Positions 47,868 through 61,492 of a stretch of 64,000 bases of DNA are shown here, in pieces. Source of the stretch: Centroscyllium fabricii (Eukaryota); the NCBI GenBank assembly GCA_051313645.2, contig JBNRSN020000015.1, positions 134,292,001 to 134,356,000 on the forward strand, given 5' to 3'. Under the pieces are notes generated by a model that saw nothing but the letters and a program-made list of their open reading frames with translations, was not told where the DNA came from and did no database searches. Within the stretch, counting starts at the first letter, position 1, and each line of letters begins with the position of its first letter. Both the position numbers and the translations under genes were made by a program.

Positions 47868-48908
47868 ATGTTTTTGTGACTGGAAGCCTGTGTCCAGTGG
47901 GATACCGCAGGGATCGGTGCTGGGTCCCTTGCTGTTTGTCGTCTACATTAATGATTTGGATATGAATGTAAAAGGTATGATCAGTAAGTTCGCAGATGAC
48001 ATGAAAATTGGTGGAGTGGTAAATAGTGAGGAGGGAAGCCTCAGTCTGCAGGACGATATAGATGGGTTGGATGGGCAGAACAGTGGCAAATGGAATTTAA
48101 CCCTGAGAAATGTGAGGTGATGCATTTTGGGAGGACTAACAAGGCAAGGGAATACACAATGAATGGCAGGACCCTAAGAAGGAGAGAGGATCAGAGGGAC
48201 CTTGGTGTGCATGTACATAGATCCCTGAAGGCAGCAGAACAGGTAGATAAGGTGGTTAAAAAGGCATATGGGATACTTGCCTTCATTAGCCGAGGCTTAG
48301 AATATAAGAGCAGGGAGGTTATGATGGAGCTGTACAAAACGTTAGTTAGGCCACAGCTGGAGTACTTTGTGCGGTTCTGGTCGCCACACTATAGGAAGGT
48401 TGTAATTGCTTTGGAGAGGGTGCAGAGGAGATTCACCAGGATGCTACCTGGGCTGGAGCGCTTCAGCTATGAAGAAAGACTGGACAGGCTGGAGTTGTTT
48501 TCCTTGGAGCAGAGAAGGCTGAGGGGGGACCTGATTGAGATGTACAAAATTATAAGGGGCACAGATAGGGTAGATAGAAAGGAACTTGTTCCCTTAGTAG
48601 AGGGGTCAATAACAAGGGGGCATAGTTTCAAGGTAAGGGGCCGGAGGTTTAGAGGGGATTTGAGGATGACCTTTTTCACCCAGAGGGTGGTTGGAATCTG
48701 GAACTCACTGCCTGAAAGGGTGGTGGAGGCAGGAACCCTCACAACATTCAAGAAGCATTTAGCTGAGCACTTGAAATGCCATAGCATACAAGGCTATGGA
48801 CCAAATGCAGGAAAAGGGAATTAGAATAGACAGGGCTTGATGGACGGCATGGACGCGATGGGCTGAAGGGCCTCTTTCTGTGCTGTATAACTCTATGACT
48901 CTACGACA
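47868..48908 (+). mobile_element. CR1 LINE 3' ~1 kb (subfamily B)
   Basis: SGIPQGSVLGPLLF...KFADD RT motifs; frameshift near 48070; C-terminal ORF 48090-48824. Confidence 0.92.
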
Positions 48909-49464
48909 CAGTTGCAAAGGGGATAGAACCAGGAATTCCCTAAGTCAGGTGAACCTGCTCGCCGGCCTTCAGCTAAGCACTGGCATATGATTAGCACAGA
49001 TACACGTGGTCCCACCAGGCATACCTGACCAATCCAACAGAAGGGAGACCCATCCCAGGCTCCAGGCCAGTGTTTGGGTCTGGACTTCCAAAGTCAAGCA
49101 GCCCAAAAAGCTGTTGGTGGGGATTGAAGTAGCCCCTTTGTAAGAGGCCCACTCAGGCATGCAAAAAGATTTAATGGTGGGAGTGTCAGGTGGTCTACCC
49201 AAACGCACCTCCCCCCCCCACCCCCCCACGCCTGCCCAGACACCTACTGGACTGGTTGGGGGAAAAGCAAAGGTGTCCTCACCCCACGGAAGGTCCGCTC
49301 CTGAAGACTCAATCCCTGACCCATGAACTTCTGCAGGGCGGAAGACAGAGTTCTGCAGTGGTCCCAATCCTGGTAGATTTTCTAGGCCTCTGTTTTCCCT
49401 AATTTGCATTTTTCATTCTTTACCAAATATCTCTGCCACCGCAATTTGACTTACGTTGCGTCCA

Positions 49465-50295
49465 GGTCTGGCAATGCCTCCATTTAAAAATTCTCATCCT
49501 TTTGTGCAAATCCCTCCATGGCCTAGCCCCTCCCTCTCTCTGCAACCTACTCCAGCCCTACTACACTCCGAGAAATCTGCATTCCTCTAACTCTGGCCTC
49601 TTGTGCGCCACCCCCCCACCCCCCCAGTTCCCCCACCCCACCATTGGCAGCCGTGCCTTCAGATGGCTAGGCCCTAAGTTCTGGAATTCCCTCCCTAAAC
49701 CTCTCCGTCTTCACCTCCCTCTCCTCCTTTACACAGAAACACAGAAACACAGAAACACAGAAGATAGGAGCAGGAGTAGGCCATTCGGCCCTTCGAGCCT
49801 GCTCCGCCATTCAATGAGATCATGGCTGATCGTCCAAACCCAGCACCCCCCTCCTACCCTCTTCCCATATCCCCCGATACCCCCCAATTCTAAAACTATC
49901 ACATATTCCACCCTATCCCCGCCACCCTATCCCCATAACCCCCAGATATCCAATCCCCATAACACTAAGGGTCAATTTATCCTGGCCAATCAACCTAACC
50001 CGCACATCTTTGGACTGTGGGAGGAAACCGGAGCACCCAGAGGAAACCCACGCAGACATGGGGAGAATGTGCAAACTCCACACAGATAGTACCCGAGGCT
50101 GGATTTGAACCCGGGTCTCTAGCGCTGTGAGGCAACCATGCTAACCACTGTGCCACCGACTCTCTTTAAAACCAAGCTTATGGTCACCTGTCCTAATGCC
50201 TCCTTCTTTGGCTTGGTGTCGATCTTTGGCCTATCACAGCTCTTGTGAAGCTCCTTGGGATGTTACGTTATGTAAAAGGCCCTAAATAAATTGTT
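49465..50295 (+). mobile_element. L2-like 3' end containing an HE1 SINE variant (49732-50158, minus strand)
   Basis: KSLHGLAPPSL...TIGSRAFRWLGPKFWNSLP; SINE V-domain. Confidence 0.75.
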
Positions 50296-50414
50296 GTATA
50301 TCCCACCCAATGTTCTTGCTCAATGATAAAGCAATGCAAAGGAGAAGTGGGTGTGCTTTTAAAGGGAAAAATCACGCCTGTGCGGAATTTTGAATGGGCC
50401 ACACAGCCCGGTAA

Positions 50415-51940
50415 ACATAGTAACATAGAAGATAGGAGCAGGAGTAGGCCATTTGGCCCCTCAAGTCTGCTCCGCCATTCAATGAGATCATGGCTGATCA
50501 TCCAAACTCAGTACCCTGTTCCTACCTTCTCCCCATACCCCTTGATCCCTTTAGCCTTAAGAAATATATCTAACTCGTTCTTAAATATATTTAATGAATT
50601 GGCCTCAACTACATTCTGTGGTAGAGAATTCCACAGGTTCACCACTCTCTGGGTGAAGAAATTTCTCCTCATCTCTGTCCTAAATGGCTTACCCCTTATC
50701 CTTAGACTGTGACCCCTGGTTCTGGACTCCCCGACCATCAGGAACATCCTTTCTGCATCTGGTCTGTCTAGTCCTGTTAGAATTTTATAAGTTTCAATGA
50801 GATCGCCTCTCATTCTTCTAAACTCCAGCGAGTATAAACCCAATCGACCCAATCTCTCCTCATATGTCATTCCTGCCATTACAGGTATCAGCCTGGTGAA
50901 TCTTCGCTGCACTCCTTCCATGGCAAGAACATTCTTCCTCAGCTAAGGTGACCGAAACTGCACACAATACTCTAGATGTGGTTACACCAAGGCCCTGTAC
51001 AACTGCAGTAAGACATACTTGTTCCTGTACTCATACCCTCTCGCTACGAAGGCCAACATACCATTTGCCTTCTTCACTGCCTGCTGCACCTGCATGCTTA
51101 TTTTCAGTGACTGCTGCACAAGGATACCCAGGTCTCGTTGCACTTCCCAGTCTCCCAATCTATTGCCTGTCAGATAATAATCTGCCTTCCTGTTTTTGCC
51201 ACCAAAGTGGATAACCTCACATTTATCCACATTATATTGCATCTGCCATGCTTCTGCCCAATCACCGAACCTGTCCAAATCATACTGGAGTTTCTGGGCA
51301 TCCTCCTCACAGCACACACGCCCACCCAGCTTTGTGTCATCTGCAAACTTGAATATATTCCATCTAGTTCCCTCGTCTAGATCATTAATATATATATTGT
51401 GAATAGCTGGGGTCCAAGGACCGATCCCTGCAGTACCCCACTAGTCACTGCCTGCCACTCGGAAGAAGACCCGTTAGGGGGATTAAATATGTGGGGTTAC
51501 GGGGATAGGGTGGGATATGTGTCGGTGCAGGCTCGATGGGCCGAAATGGCCTCTATCTGCACTGTGGGGATTCTATGAATTCTATGAATTCCAACTCTTT
51601 GCTTTCTGTCTGCCAACCAGTTCTCTATCCAAGTCAGCACCTTGCCCCCAATCTCATGTGCTTTAACTTTACATGCGGGACCTTATCGAAAGCCTTTTGA
51701 AAATCCAAATACACCACATCCACTGGTTCTCCCTCATCTATTTTGCCAGTTACATCTTCAAAAAATTCCAGTAGATTAGTCAAGCACGATTTACCCTTTG
51801 TAAATCCATGTTGACTTTGTCCGATCCGGTCAGTATTTTCCAAGTACTCTGCTATTACATTTTTTATAATGAACTCTAGCATTTTCCCCACTACCGATGT
51901 CAGGCTTACCAGTCTGTAATTCCCTGTTTTCTCTCTACCA
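50415..51940 (-). mobile_element. CR1 (HER1-like) LINE 3' ~1.5 kb, with a SINE tail fragment at 51474-51589
   Basis: NYRLVSLTSVVGKMLE...QHGFTKGKSCLTNLLEFFE...VYLDFQKAFDKVPH...; CR1 tail. Confidence 0.92.
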
Positions 51941-52049
51941 CCTAAAGGGGCTGCACGGCGCAAAAGAAAATTAGAGGGAACTATGGTGTATAACGGTTGG
52001 TCAATCTAGTGCCAGCAATTATTTGTCATCGTCAAAAGTGAAAATCAAT

Positions 52050-52402
52050 AACAACTTGTATTTATATCACGCCTTTAATACAGTAAAATGTCCCAAGGCG
52101 CTTCACAGGATTGTTATCAAACAAAATTTGACACCAAGCCATATAATGATATATTAGGGCAGGTTTTAACGAGTGTCCTAAAGGAGGAGTGAGAGGTAGA
52201 GAGGCGGAGAGGTTTAGGGAGGGAATTCCAGAGCTTAGGACCTCAGCAGCTGTAGGCACAGCCACCAATGGTCGAGCAATTAAAATCGGGGATGCTCAAG
52301 AGACCAGAATTGGTGAAGCGCAGATATCTTGGAGGGTTGTAGGGCTGGAGGAGATTACAGAGATAGGATGAGGTGAGTCCATGGAAGGATGAGAATTTTA
52401 AA
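52050..52402 (-). mobile_element. L2-like 3' end
   Basis: Homologous to 37350-37765. Confidence 0.7.
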
Positions 52403-52922
52403 ATCCACTCCCATTGCTTTCCTATATTCTTAGTAGATCCTCATTGTACATTTATCTACCCACTTTACATCACATTCCCTATCCCCTCACTTGTGACTTG
52501 TTGGAATTATTTTATGAACTTGGAATTTCAAAGGATCAGCTGCAATATACTAAGACATGATGATTGAAGTGCAACCCCTGAAGCTTGGCACAAATAGTAT
52601 GTCTTGTTGGACAAAACATGTATTAGATACAACATTTTATATATATAGGTATATTAAATAGTGTTGTAAACAAAGTAAATTTTTTCACCCTTTATGTAGC
52701 AACCACATCAGATGTGATTGAGGCGCTGTGTGTAATATATAATCAAAGTCTACACATACACACAGAATGCAGATGTGACAATGTTTATTGCATCTGTTTA
52801 ACCTACAGCTGTATTATGTATTCTTGCCAACCTTCAATTTTCTTCCTCCCTCTCCTGCAGGCAATTATTTATGCTGGGTACAAGTCCATCAGCCCTACCA
52901 CTATTGAACCCAAGCATCTATT

Positions 52923-53262
52923 CATAGAATCATAGAATCCCTACAGTGCAGATAGAGGCCATTTCGGCCCATCGAGCCTGCACCGACACACATCCCACCC
53001 TATCCCCGTAACCCCACATATTCCCACCCTATCCCCGTAACCCCACATATTTAATCCCCCTAACACTAAGGGTCAATTTATCATGGCCAATCAACCTAAC
53101 CCGCACATCTTTGGACTGTGGGAGGAAACCGGAGCACCCGGAGGAAACCCACGCAGACATGGGGAGAATGTGCAAACTCCACACAGATAGTTACCCGAGG
53201 CCGGATTTGAACCCGGACCCCTAGCGCTGTGAGGCAACAGTGCTAACCACTATGCCACCATG
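52923..53262 (-). mobile_element. HE1/V-SINE, short-tail (type B)
   Basis: Tail GCTCGATGGGCCGAAATGGCCTCTATCTGCACTGTAGGGATTCTATG; ~30-bp internal duplication. Confidence 0.88.
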
Positions 53263-53467
53263 CTTCATTCTTCATGAATGTTTCTGGAGATTTTATGTCA
53301 AAAAGGTTACTTGTCAAAGTGGGTCAGAGCTGAATCCAGCCCTGTCCTCCCATATAGTCCATGCATGTAGATGTTCCAGGAGCAGGAATATTAGATAATT
53401 TCCACCCCCCCCCCCCCACCCCCACCCCCCCTTGCTATCTCAGAGTCACCAAGGATAATTGGAATCT

Positions 53468-53723
53468 AAAGATGTGCGGGTTAGGTTGATTGGCCATGAT
53501 AAATTGACCCTTAGTGTTAGGGGGATTGAATATGTGGGGTTACGGGGATAGGGTGGGATATGTGTCGGTGCAGGCTCGATAGGGATCGAGGGATATGGGG
53601 ACAAGGCACGGACAGGGTGTTGGGTTTGGATGATCAGCCATGATCTCATTGAATGGCGGAGCAGGCTCGAAGGGCCGAATGGCCTACTCCTGCTCCTATC
53701 TTCTATGTTTCTATGTTTCTATG
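53468..53723 (+). mobile_element. HE1/V-SINE, 5'-truncated
   Basis: 3' half plus CR1 tail. Confidence 0.88.
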
Positions 53724-54464
53724 AATTACCCAGCTTCTGTCTTGGCTGGGATGAGCTAGCTTAGGTCAGAGCAGGGATCGGTTCTGAGACCTTCTTGTTC
53801 TCTGTGGCCAACCCAGATCATGTGATACGTTACCCACTGTTCCAGTGGGGAACTCAGATCATTTTAGGTTTTAGGTCATTGGGAAACAAACAGAGATTAA
53901 AGAAACTGAACCTAATCCAACTGCGGAAAAAAAAATAAGTGTGATGCGAGCCAGATTTTTTATTATGATGAAGTAAATTGATTAAGTGGATGTAGAAGGA
54001 TAGAAGAACCATAGGAGATAATTCTAAACTAAAGAAATCAAAAGCTAAACTTAATATGTTTATAAAACCTTTCCTAGTAGTCACTGACTTATGGAATAGA
54101 TTGCCACTTTGTGCAATAATACTAACTCAGTTGAAGCATTCAAATGGTAATGGGACTGATTCCTGATGCAGATGTAACAGGTGGGTTCAGAATAGGAGAA
54201 GGGCAGTGGACAGGATTTAAGCAGAGCAATAAGGACAAGGGCCATAGGCTTGGGTGATGAAAAAGAAGACAATAGTTGCATTGATTCTGAACTGGGCTTG
54301 TTTGATGGATGGGTTGAATGGATGTTTCTTATTTCTACATCTTCTTCTTTAAGTTTATTGATAAATTATCATTGATAATAGGACATGATCATCTGACTGA
54401 TATGCTAGTTTTACATGGATGATAATAGATGTCCAGCCATGAGATATAAGGTAGTTAATTCAGT

Positions 54465-54890
54465 TGGCACCCCATCCACCACCTTAAACACGCACTCCCT
54501 CCACCACTGGTGCACCGTGGCTGCAGTGTGGACCATCTACAAGATGAACTGCAGCAACTCGCCGAGGCTTCTTCGGCAGCACCTTCGAAACCCGCAACCT
54601 CTTCCACCTAGAAGGACAAGGGCAGCAGGCACATAGGAACACTACCACCTCCAAGTTCCCCTCCAGGTCACACACCACCCTGACTGGGAAGTATATCGGC
54701 CGATCCTTCATCGTCGCTGGGTCAAATTCCTGGAACTCCCTCCCTAACAGCACTGTGGGAGCACCTTCACCACACGGACTGCAGCAGGTCAAGAAGGTGG
54801 CTCACCACCAGCTTCTCAAGGGCAACTAGGGATGGGCAATAAATGCTGGGCCTTGCCAGCGATGCCCACATCCCATAAACAAATAAAAAA
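54465..54890 (+). mobile_element. LINE 3' end (CR1/L2 group, unclassified)
   Basis: SLHHWCTVAAVWTIYKM...WNSLPN remnant; same tail at ~36975-37120. Confidence 0.65.
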
Positions 54891-55587
54891 TAATTATTGG
54901 AACTCTTTAATCCAATTCTTGCTTTCTGTTGCTCGTCCATTTGTCATCTTTATTGTATAAAATGACTGTTTGAATTTTTGGCAGTACTTCCTTCAACTAC
55001 TGAAGAATGAAGTTTGTACATGCAGATAATAAGATAATACAGACAAATGACAAGGCATTGGATGTACCTGGTATACAAGATCACATGTTGTATGCGATCG
55101 ATTAATTTGAATTTTCATTTGGAGGTAAAGGCAGTAGCACACATTAGATTGCATTTTCCAATAGTCTTCTGGACTTATACAATTCAGTGTACATTTCCCA
55201 CAGAGCAGCATGTCCGCTCGGCTCAGATTCCTGAGATATCTCTCCTCATTATGGGTTCTATCCAGCCCCATCCTCTTGTTAACTCAGCTGATACTTACTG
55301 CAGTACGTTAGAAGGTTTAGTGACATCAGGGAGCTCAGAGTGTACCCGTGAAACTCCAAACTTCTAATACAACCTGTAATTCGAAGTAGTGACAATCTTA
55401 TATCTGTTTATGGTTTTTTTTGACGCACTTTATGACTGGTGCATTCAGAACCATTGTAGAGTTCAGTATTACCTGCAAACTTCCATCATGCCATTCCTCT
55501 GAAAATGCTGACTTGATATCTCATGGTGTGACATAACAGAAGAATTTCGCTATGATTGTCTTTGCACCACCGCATTACCTCATCACT

Positions 55588-56042
55588 TCAATTCAATTCA
55601 AGTTTTATTGTCATTGCAGAGTACTAGTACAATACAACGAGACGAAGACTCGACGCTCCCGAGAGTAGTGCAAATAAATTACATGCAAATTGCATACAGT
55701 AAAGTACATTTTCAGGTGTGCAGGTACCGGAGTTTATTTTTAGAGTTCAGGTGGCTGACAGCCCTGGGGAAGAAGCTGTTCTTAAATCTAGTCGTGCAGG
55801 TGCAAATTGATCTGTAGTGTCTCCCGGAGGGCAGTGGGGCGAACAGACTGTGGCTGGGGTGTGTGGGGTCTTTAATAATGTTCAGAGACCTGTGTAGGCA
55901 GCGTTTGAGGTAGATGCTTTCCATTGACGGTAGCTGGGTACCGGTGATTCGTTGGGCAGTTTTGACCACCCGCTGCAGGGTCTTCCGGTCCGAGATGGTG
56001 CAATTTCCATACCAGACTGTGATGCAGCTTGTCAGTATGCTC
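55588..56042 (-). mobile_element. Rex1/Babar-like LINE 3' end
   Basis: SILTSCITVWYGNCT...DPTHPSHSLFAPLPSGR...RFKNSFFPRAV; (TTGAA)n tail. Confidence 0.85.
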
Positions 56043-56501
56043 ATGTGATAGGAATAGCCAATGCCAGAAGTACAATTTTGCTGCTGTGATCCTGGGAAGT
56101 AGCAGAACCATTAAAGGCTTTTTGTGCCACTATATGTGCAAGAGGAAAGAAGTGTTTGCATCTGTTCACCCAGAACATTACTCCTATATCATGTATTATA
56201 AGGCAATAAATTAATCCAAGGATACCTGTGGCATAAACTAAATCATAAAAGCATGAATATCAACATATTATAGTAGCGCATGAACACTGTGTTACTGCTG
56301 TATAACTCCTGACTAATTATTGCTCTAATGTAATAACATCTTGATATAAGAAAATTGATATTAAATGCCAACTGTGCTCCTTGTCATGGTACAATAATAT
56401 ATTAAAATAACTAACTTGCAATCGGGCTATATCAAATGCTCTCTTGTAACAGGACTACACTGAAACTCCTTATACTGTGACGGTTGGTAGAGAGTACAAT
56501 G

Positions 56502-56778
56502 CAGGTTGAGCACCCAATGGTCCGGTACCTTCAGTGGTCCGGCACGATTGGAAACCGGTGTCTTCAGTTTGCGGAGCAGCCGCTTGGTGGTGCCACTGTT
56601 TCCCGCGAAGAGTGGGCGAGCGGCAAAGGCGTCGGGTGTTTGGGTTTTTGTTATTTTAGGTGTTCTATCCCCGGGCTCCCTCCCGGGGAGTGTTCTACCC
56701 GCTCGCTCCCCCCAAACCTTCAGTGGTTCGGAATTTTCAATGGTCCCCGAGGGTGCCGGATTACCGGTGCTCAACCTG
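56502..56778. mobile_element. Tigger/pogo-like MITE (unexpanded form)
   Basis: CAGGTTGAGCACC...GGTGCTCAACCTG|TA. Confidence 0.85.
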
Positions 56779-56804
56779 TATTTGGGCTTAAGGAAGTCTT
56801 AGTT

Positions 56805-57302
56805 TACAATTCACCAGGCTGATACCTGGGATGGCAGGAATGACGTATGCGGAGAGACTGGGTAGACTGGGTTTGTACTCTCTGGAGTTTAGAAGATTGA
56901 GAGGGGATCTCATCGAAACGTATAAAATTTTAACTGGTCTGGACAAACTTGATGCAGGAAGAATGTTCCCAACGATCGGAGAGTCCAGAACCAGGGGTCA
57001 TAGTCTAAGGATAAGGGGTAACTCATTTAGGACAGAGATGAGGAGGAATTTCTCCACCCAGAGAGTGGTGAACCTGTGGAATTCTCTGCCACAGAGGGCG
57101 GTGGAGACTAGTTCATTGAATATATTCAAGAAGGAGCTGGATGTATTTCTTAAGGCAAGCGGGATCAAGGGATATGGGGAGAAGGCAGGGACAGGGTTCT
57201 GAGTTTGGATGATCAGCTATGATCTCATTGAATGGCGGAGCAGGCTCAAGGGGCCGAGTGGCCTACTCCTGCTCCTATCTTCTATGTTTCTATGTTTCTA
57301 TG
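56805..57302 (+). mobile_element. CR1 (HER1-like) LINE 3' end
   Basis: ORF 56831-57202 plus tail. Confidence 0.9.
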
Positions 57303-57600
57303 TTAACAATTTAACGAGTGGAATATTTGTGTGGCAGTGTGCTAGCATGGCTTTCAATCAGTATAGATTATTATTTTATCTCATGAGTGTGGAAAACCAT
57401 ACAGCCCATAATTGATGAAGTCACATGAGGGTTTTGAAGTTTATCCTCATGGCATAACATTCCATAGGTCCCCACTGAGTAATATATGCATAGCACTCAT
57501 TTAAAAACATCTTACTGAACCGAACTGAGAACTATCGTAAGTACAAAGGCCCATTGCTATTTTAAATAGTCATGTGAAGATTTGGGTTAAATGATTAGAT

Positions 57601-58170
57601 CATAGAATCATAGAATCATAGAAGATAGGAGCAGGAGTAGGCCATTCGGCCCTTCGAGCCTGCTCCGCCATTCAATGAGATCATGGCTGATCTTACACGT
57701 TCAGTACCCAGTCCCTGCCTTCTCCCCATATCCCTTAATCCCTTTAGCCTGAAGAAATATATCCAGTTCCCTCTTGAATATATTCAATGAACCGGCCTCC
57801 ACCGCCCTCTGTGGCAAGGAATTCCACAGGTTCACCACTCCCTGTGTGAAGAATTTCCTCCTCATCTCAGTCCTACAAGGCTTATCCCTTATCCTTAGAC
57901 TATGCCCCCTGGTTCTCGACTCCCCGGCCATCGGAAACATCCTTTCTGCATCTAACCTGTCCAAGCCTGACAGAATTTTATAAGTCTCGATGAGATCCCC
58001 TATTAATCTTCTAAACTCCAGCGAGTATAAGCCCAGACTACACAATCTCTCCTCATAAGTCATTCCTGCCATCCCAGGTATCAGCCTGGTGAATCGTCGC
58101 TGTACTCCCTCCATGGCAAGAACATCCTTCCTCAGATGCGGCGACCAAAACTGCACACAATACTCAAGAT
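57601..58170 (-). mobile_element. CR1 (HER1-like) LINE 3' end
   Basis: LEYCVQFWSPHLRKDV...GIKGYGEKAGTGY. Confidence 0.9.
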
Positions 58171-58179
58171 GATTTGACA

Positions 58180-58605
58180 AGAACAACAACTTGTATTTAT
58201 ATAGCGCCTTTAACGTATTAAAACGCCCCGAGGTGCTTCACAGGAGTATCATAACACAAAAAAATTGACACCGAGCCACATAATGATAAATTAGTGCCGG
58301 TGACCAAAAGCTTGGTCAAAGGGGTAGGTTTTAAGGCGCATCTTAAAGGAGGAGAGAGAGGTAGCGAGGTGGAGAGGTTCAGGCAGGGAATTCCAGAGCT
58401 TAGGGTCCAGGCAACAGAAGGCACGGCCACCAAAGGTTGAGCGATTATAATCAGGGGTGCTCAAGAGGGCAGAATTAGAGGAGCGCAGATATTTTGGGGG
58501 GTTGTGGGGCTGGAGGACATGACAGAGATAGGGAGGGGCGAGGCCATGGAGGGATTTGAAAACAAGGATGAGAATTTGGAAATTGAGGCGCTGCTTAACC
58601 GGGCA
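58180..58605 (-). mobile_element. L2-like 3' end
   Basis: Homologous to 37350-37765. Confidence 0.72.
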
Positions 58606-58779
58606 CCCTAAATTAAAGTCCCTAAATTATTTTTGCAGTGATCACAAACTAATTATAACTTTCATCTCCATGAGTAATTGGTACCACTGACAGTGTTTGA
58701 AATGACTTCAGCCTTTCAGTGTGAAATGAAAGCTTCACTTTCAGTGCAGCCGTTTATCAGAGCAAAGTACCCCAGTGCT

Positions 58780-59440
58780 CATCGACCTCCATTGGCTCCA
58801 GGTCCGGCAATGCCTCAATTTTAAAATTCTCATCCTTGTGTTCAAACCCCTCCATGGCTTCACCCCTCCCTGTCTCTGTAACCTCCTCCAGCCCTACAGC
58901 CCTCCAAGATCTCTGCACTTCATAGAATCATAGAATCCCTACAGTGCAGATAGAGGCCATTTCGGCCCATCGAGCCTGCACCGACACATATCCCACCCTA
59001 TCCCCGTAACCCCACATATTTAATCTCCCCTAACACTAAGGGTCAATTTATCATGGCCAATCAACCTAACCCGCACATCTTTGGACTGTGGGAGGAAACC
59101 GGAGCACCCGGAGGAAACCCACGCAGACACAGGGAGAATGTGCAAACTCCACACAGATAGTCACCCGAGGGCGGATTTGAACCCGGGTCTCCAGTGCTGT
59201 AAGGCAGCAGTGCTAACCACTATGTCACCGTGCCACCCCAAATTCACTCCCTAAACTTCTCTGCCTCTCTGTCCTTATTTAAGACACTTCTTAAAACCTA
59301 CTCCTTTGACCAAGCTTTGGTCACCTGTTGTAATATCTCCTTATGTGGCTCGGTGTCAAATTGTGTTCGATTAACGCTCCTGCGAAGCGTCTGGAGGTGA
59401 TTTATTACATTAAAGGCACTATATAAATGCAAGTTATTGT
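58780..59440 (+). mobile_element. L2-like 3' end containing a type-B HE1 SINE (58921-59238, minus strand)
   Basis: L2 halves flank the SINE. Confidence 0.75.
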
Positions 59441-59724
59441 TATTGACTTCTTAGAGGTATTACAAAGTCCAGGAACTAAAAGTTGCAATTAGTTCTTGTA
59501 AGAACCTGTTTTTAATCTGTAGACCACTCTACTCTGGGTCAGGCTCCCTTCCCTGAAGGACATTGGGGAACCAGTTGGGGTTTTACAACAACCCTGCGGC
59601 TTTCATGGTCATTCTTCTGAAGATAGGCCACAGATCACCAGATTTGTTGAATTCAATTTCACAACCTGCCATAGTGGGAGCTGAATCGCCAACCTCTGGG
59701 TTACCATTCCAGTACCCTAACCAC

Positions 59725-60900
59725 GGTGGTTGGCCAGATCACCAACAACGACGAGTCAGCCTACAGGGATGAGATCCAGCGCCTTGTGGGATGGTGTGCC
59801 GACAACAACCTGGCACTGAACACCAAGAAAATTACGGAGATCATAGTGGACTTCCGGAGGACTGAAAGCAGAAGACACACCCCCATCTTCATCCAAGGGG
59901 CTGAGGTGGAAAGGGTGTCCAGCTTCAAGTTCCTCGGGGTCCACATCTCGGAAGACCTCTCCTGGTCACTAAACACCTCCTCTCTGGTTAAGAAGGCCTA
60001 ACAGCGCCTGTACTTCCTAAGGAAGCTGAAGAAAGCCAGGCTGTCATCCGGCATCCTCTCCAACTTCTACCGCTGCACAATCGAAAGCATACTGACAAGC
60101 TGCATCACTGTCTGGTATGGAAATTGCACCATCTCCGACCGGAAGACCCTGCAGCGGGTAGTCAAAACTGCCCAACGAATCACCGGTATCCAGCTACCGT
60201 CAATTGAAAGCATCTCCCTCAAACGCTGCCTACGGAGGTCTCTGAACATTATTAAAGACCCCACACACCCCAGCCACAGTCTGTTCGTCCCCCCCTGCCC
60301 TCCGGGAGACGCTACAGATCAATTCGCACCCGCACGACCAGATTCAAGAACAGCTTCTTCCCCAAGGCTGTCAGCCTCCTGAACTCTAAAAAAAACCTCC
60401 GGTACCTGCACACCTGAAAATGTACTTTACTGTATGCAATCTGCATGTAATTTATTTGCACTACTCTCCGAATAATTTAAAACGGCAATAGACTGTTTTT
60501 TAGCAGACAAGGGAATTAGGGGTTACGGGGAGCAGGCAGGGAAGTGGACCTGAGCTATTGTTAGTATAGTAAGACCTGAGTGATCTCCTGGACAAGTTTC
60601 GATCGCCTAGATTGGGGTCGGAGAGGAATTTCCCGGATTTTTTTCCCAAATTGGCCTGGGTTTTTATCCGGTTTTTCGCCTCTCCCAGGAGATCACATGG
60701 TTTTTCGGGTGGGATGAAGGGTGATAGTGGGAAGAAGGTTAGGGTAGGATCAGCCATGATCTTATTGAATGGCGGAGCGGGCTCGAGGGGCCGATTGGCC
60801 GACTCCTGCTCCTATTTCTTATGTTCTTATGAGTCTTCGTCTCATTGTATTGTACTAGTGCTCTGCAATGACAGTAAAACTTGAATTGAATTGAATTGAA
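59725..60900 (+). mobile_element. Rex1/Babar-like LINE 3' part with a CR1 3'UTR inserted at ~60472-60831
   Basis: GQITNNDESAYRDEI...LALNTKK...FKFLGVHISEDLSW...KKA*QRLYFLRKL; (TTGAA)n tail resumes after the insert. Confidence 0.85.
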
Positions 60901-61492
60901 TAACCACACTACTGTGCACATGTACAGTTGGGGGACTTCAATAGCCAAATAATTAAGCTTACATTGCAATTCAGAGAATTTCCGCAAGTGCAGCCAGACC
61001 TGAAAGGAAGAGAGGAGCAATGTTAGTGTCGAACGACTTTTGTATTCGATAGTCCTTCAGCAGATGAGCCTGGTATAAACTGCATTTTTCAGTAACTGAA
61101 CTTGCACTTTCCCCCCATAAGATACAAAGAGATTCAATGCCCTGTACAATAAACAAACTCTGACTGTAATTTTCTTATAATAGAGCTAAAGTTACTGACC
61201 TGAAATTACAAGGGGCCATTTACTGTGCAGCTGCAATTCTTCCTGAGTAATTAATTTAAAGGGAAACTCCAGTCAGTTTACAAATGATACATACAAAATT
61301 ATAATGAGAAATTTGCAATGCAATTGATCATGTCCTGAAACATGCATTCGTTGAATCCTCTGATTGACTTTTACCTTTAAGTCGCTTTCAAGCCAGATAT
61401 TTATTTCATATATAATATTAATTATGCTAAAAAAAATTACAATGCATTTTAATTGCTTACCATTGTTGGTTGTGCCTACTGAGCACACAACA

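Noticed and set aside
48090-48824. 244-aa ORF as a host gene
   Set aside because: C-terminus of CR1 ORF2, 5'-truncated and frameshifted
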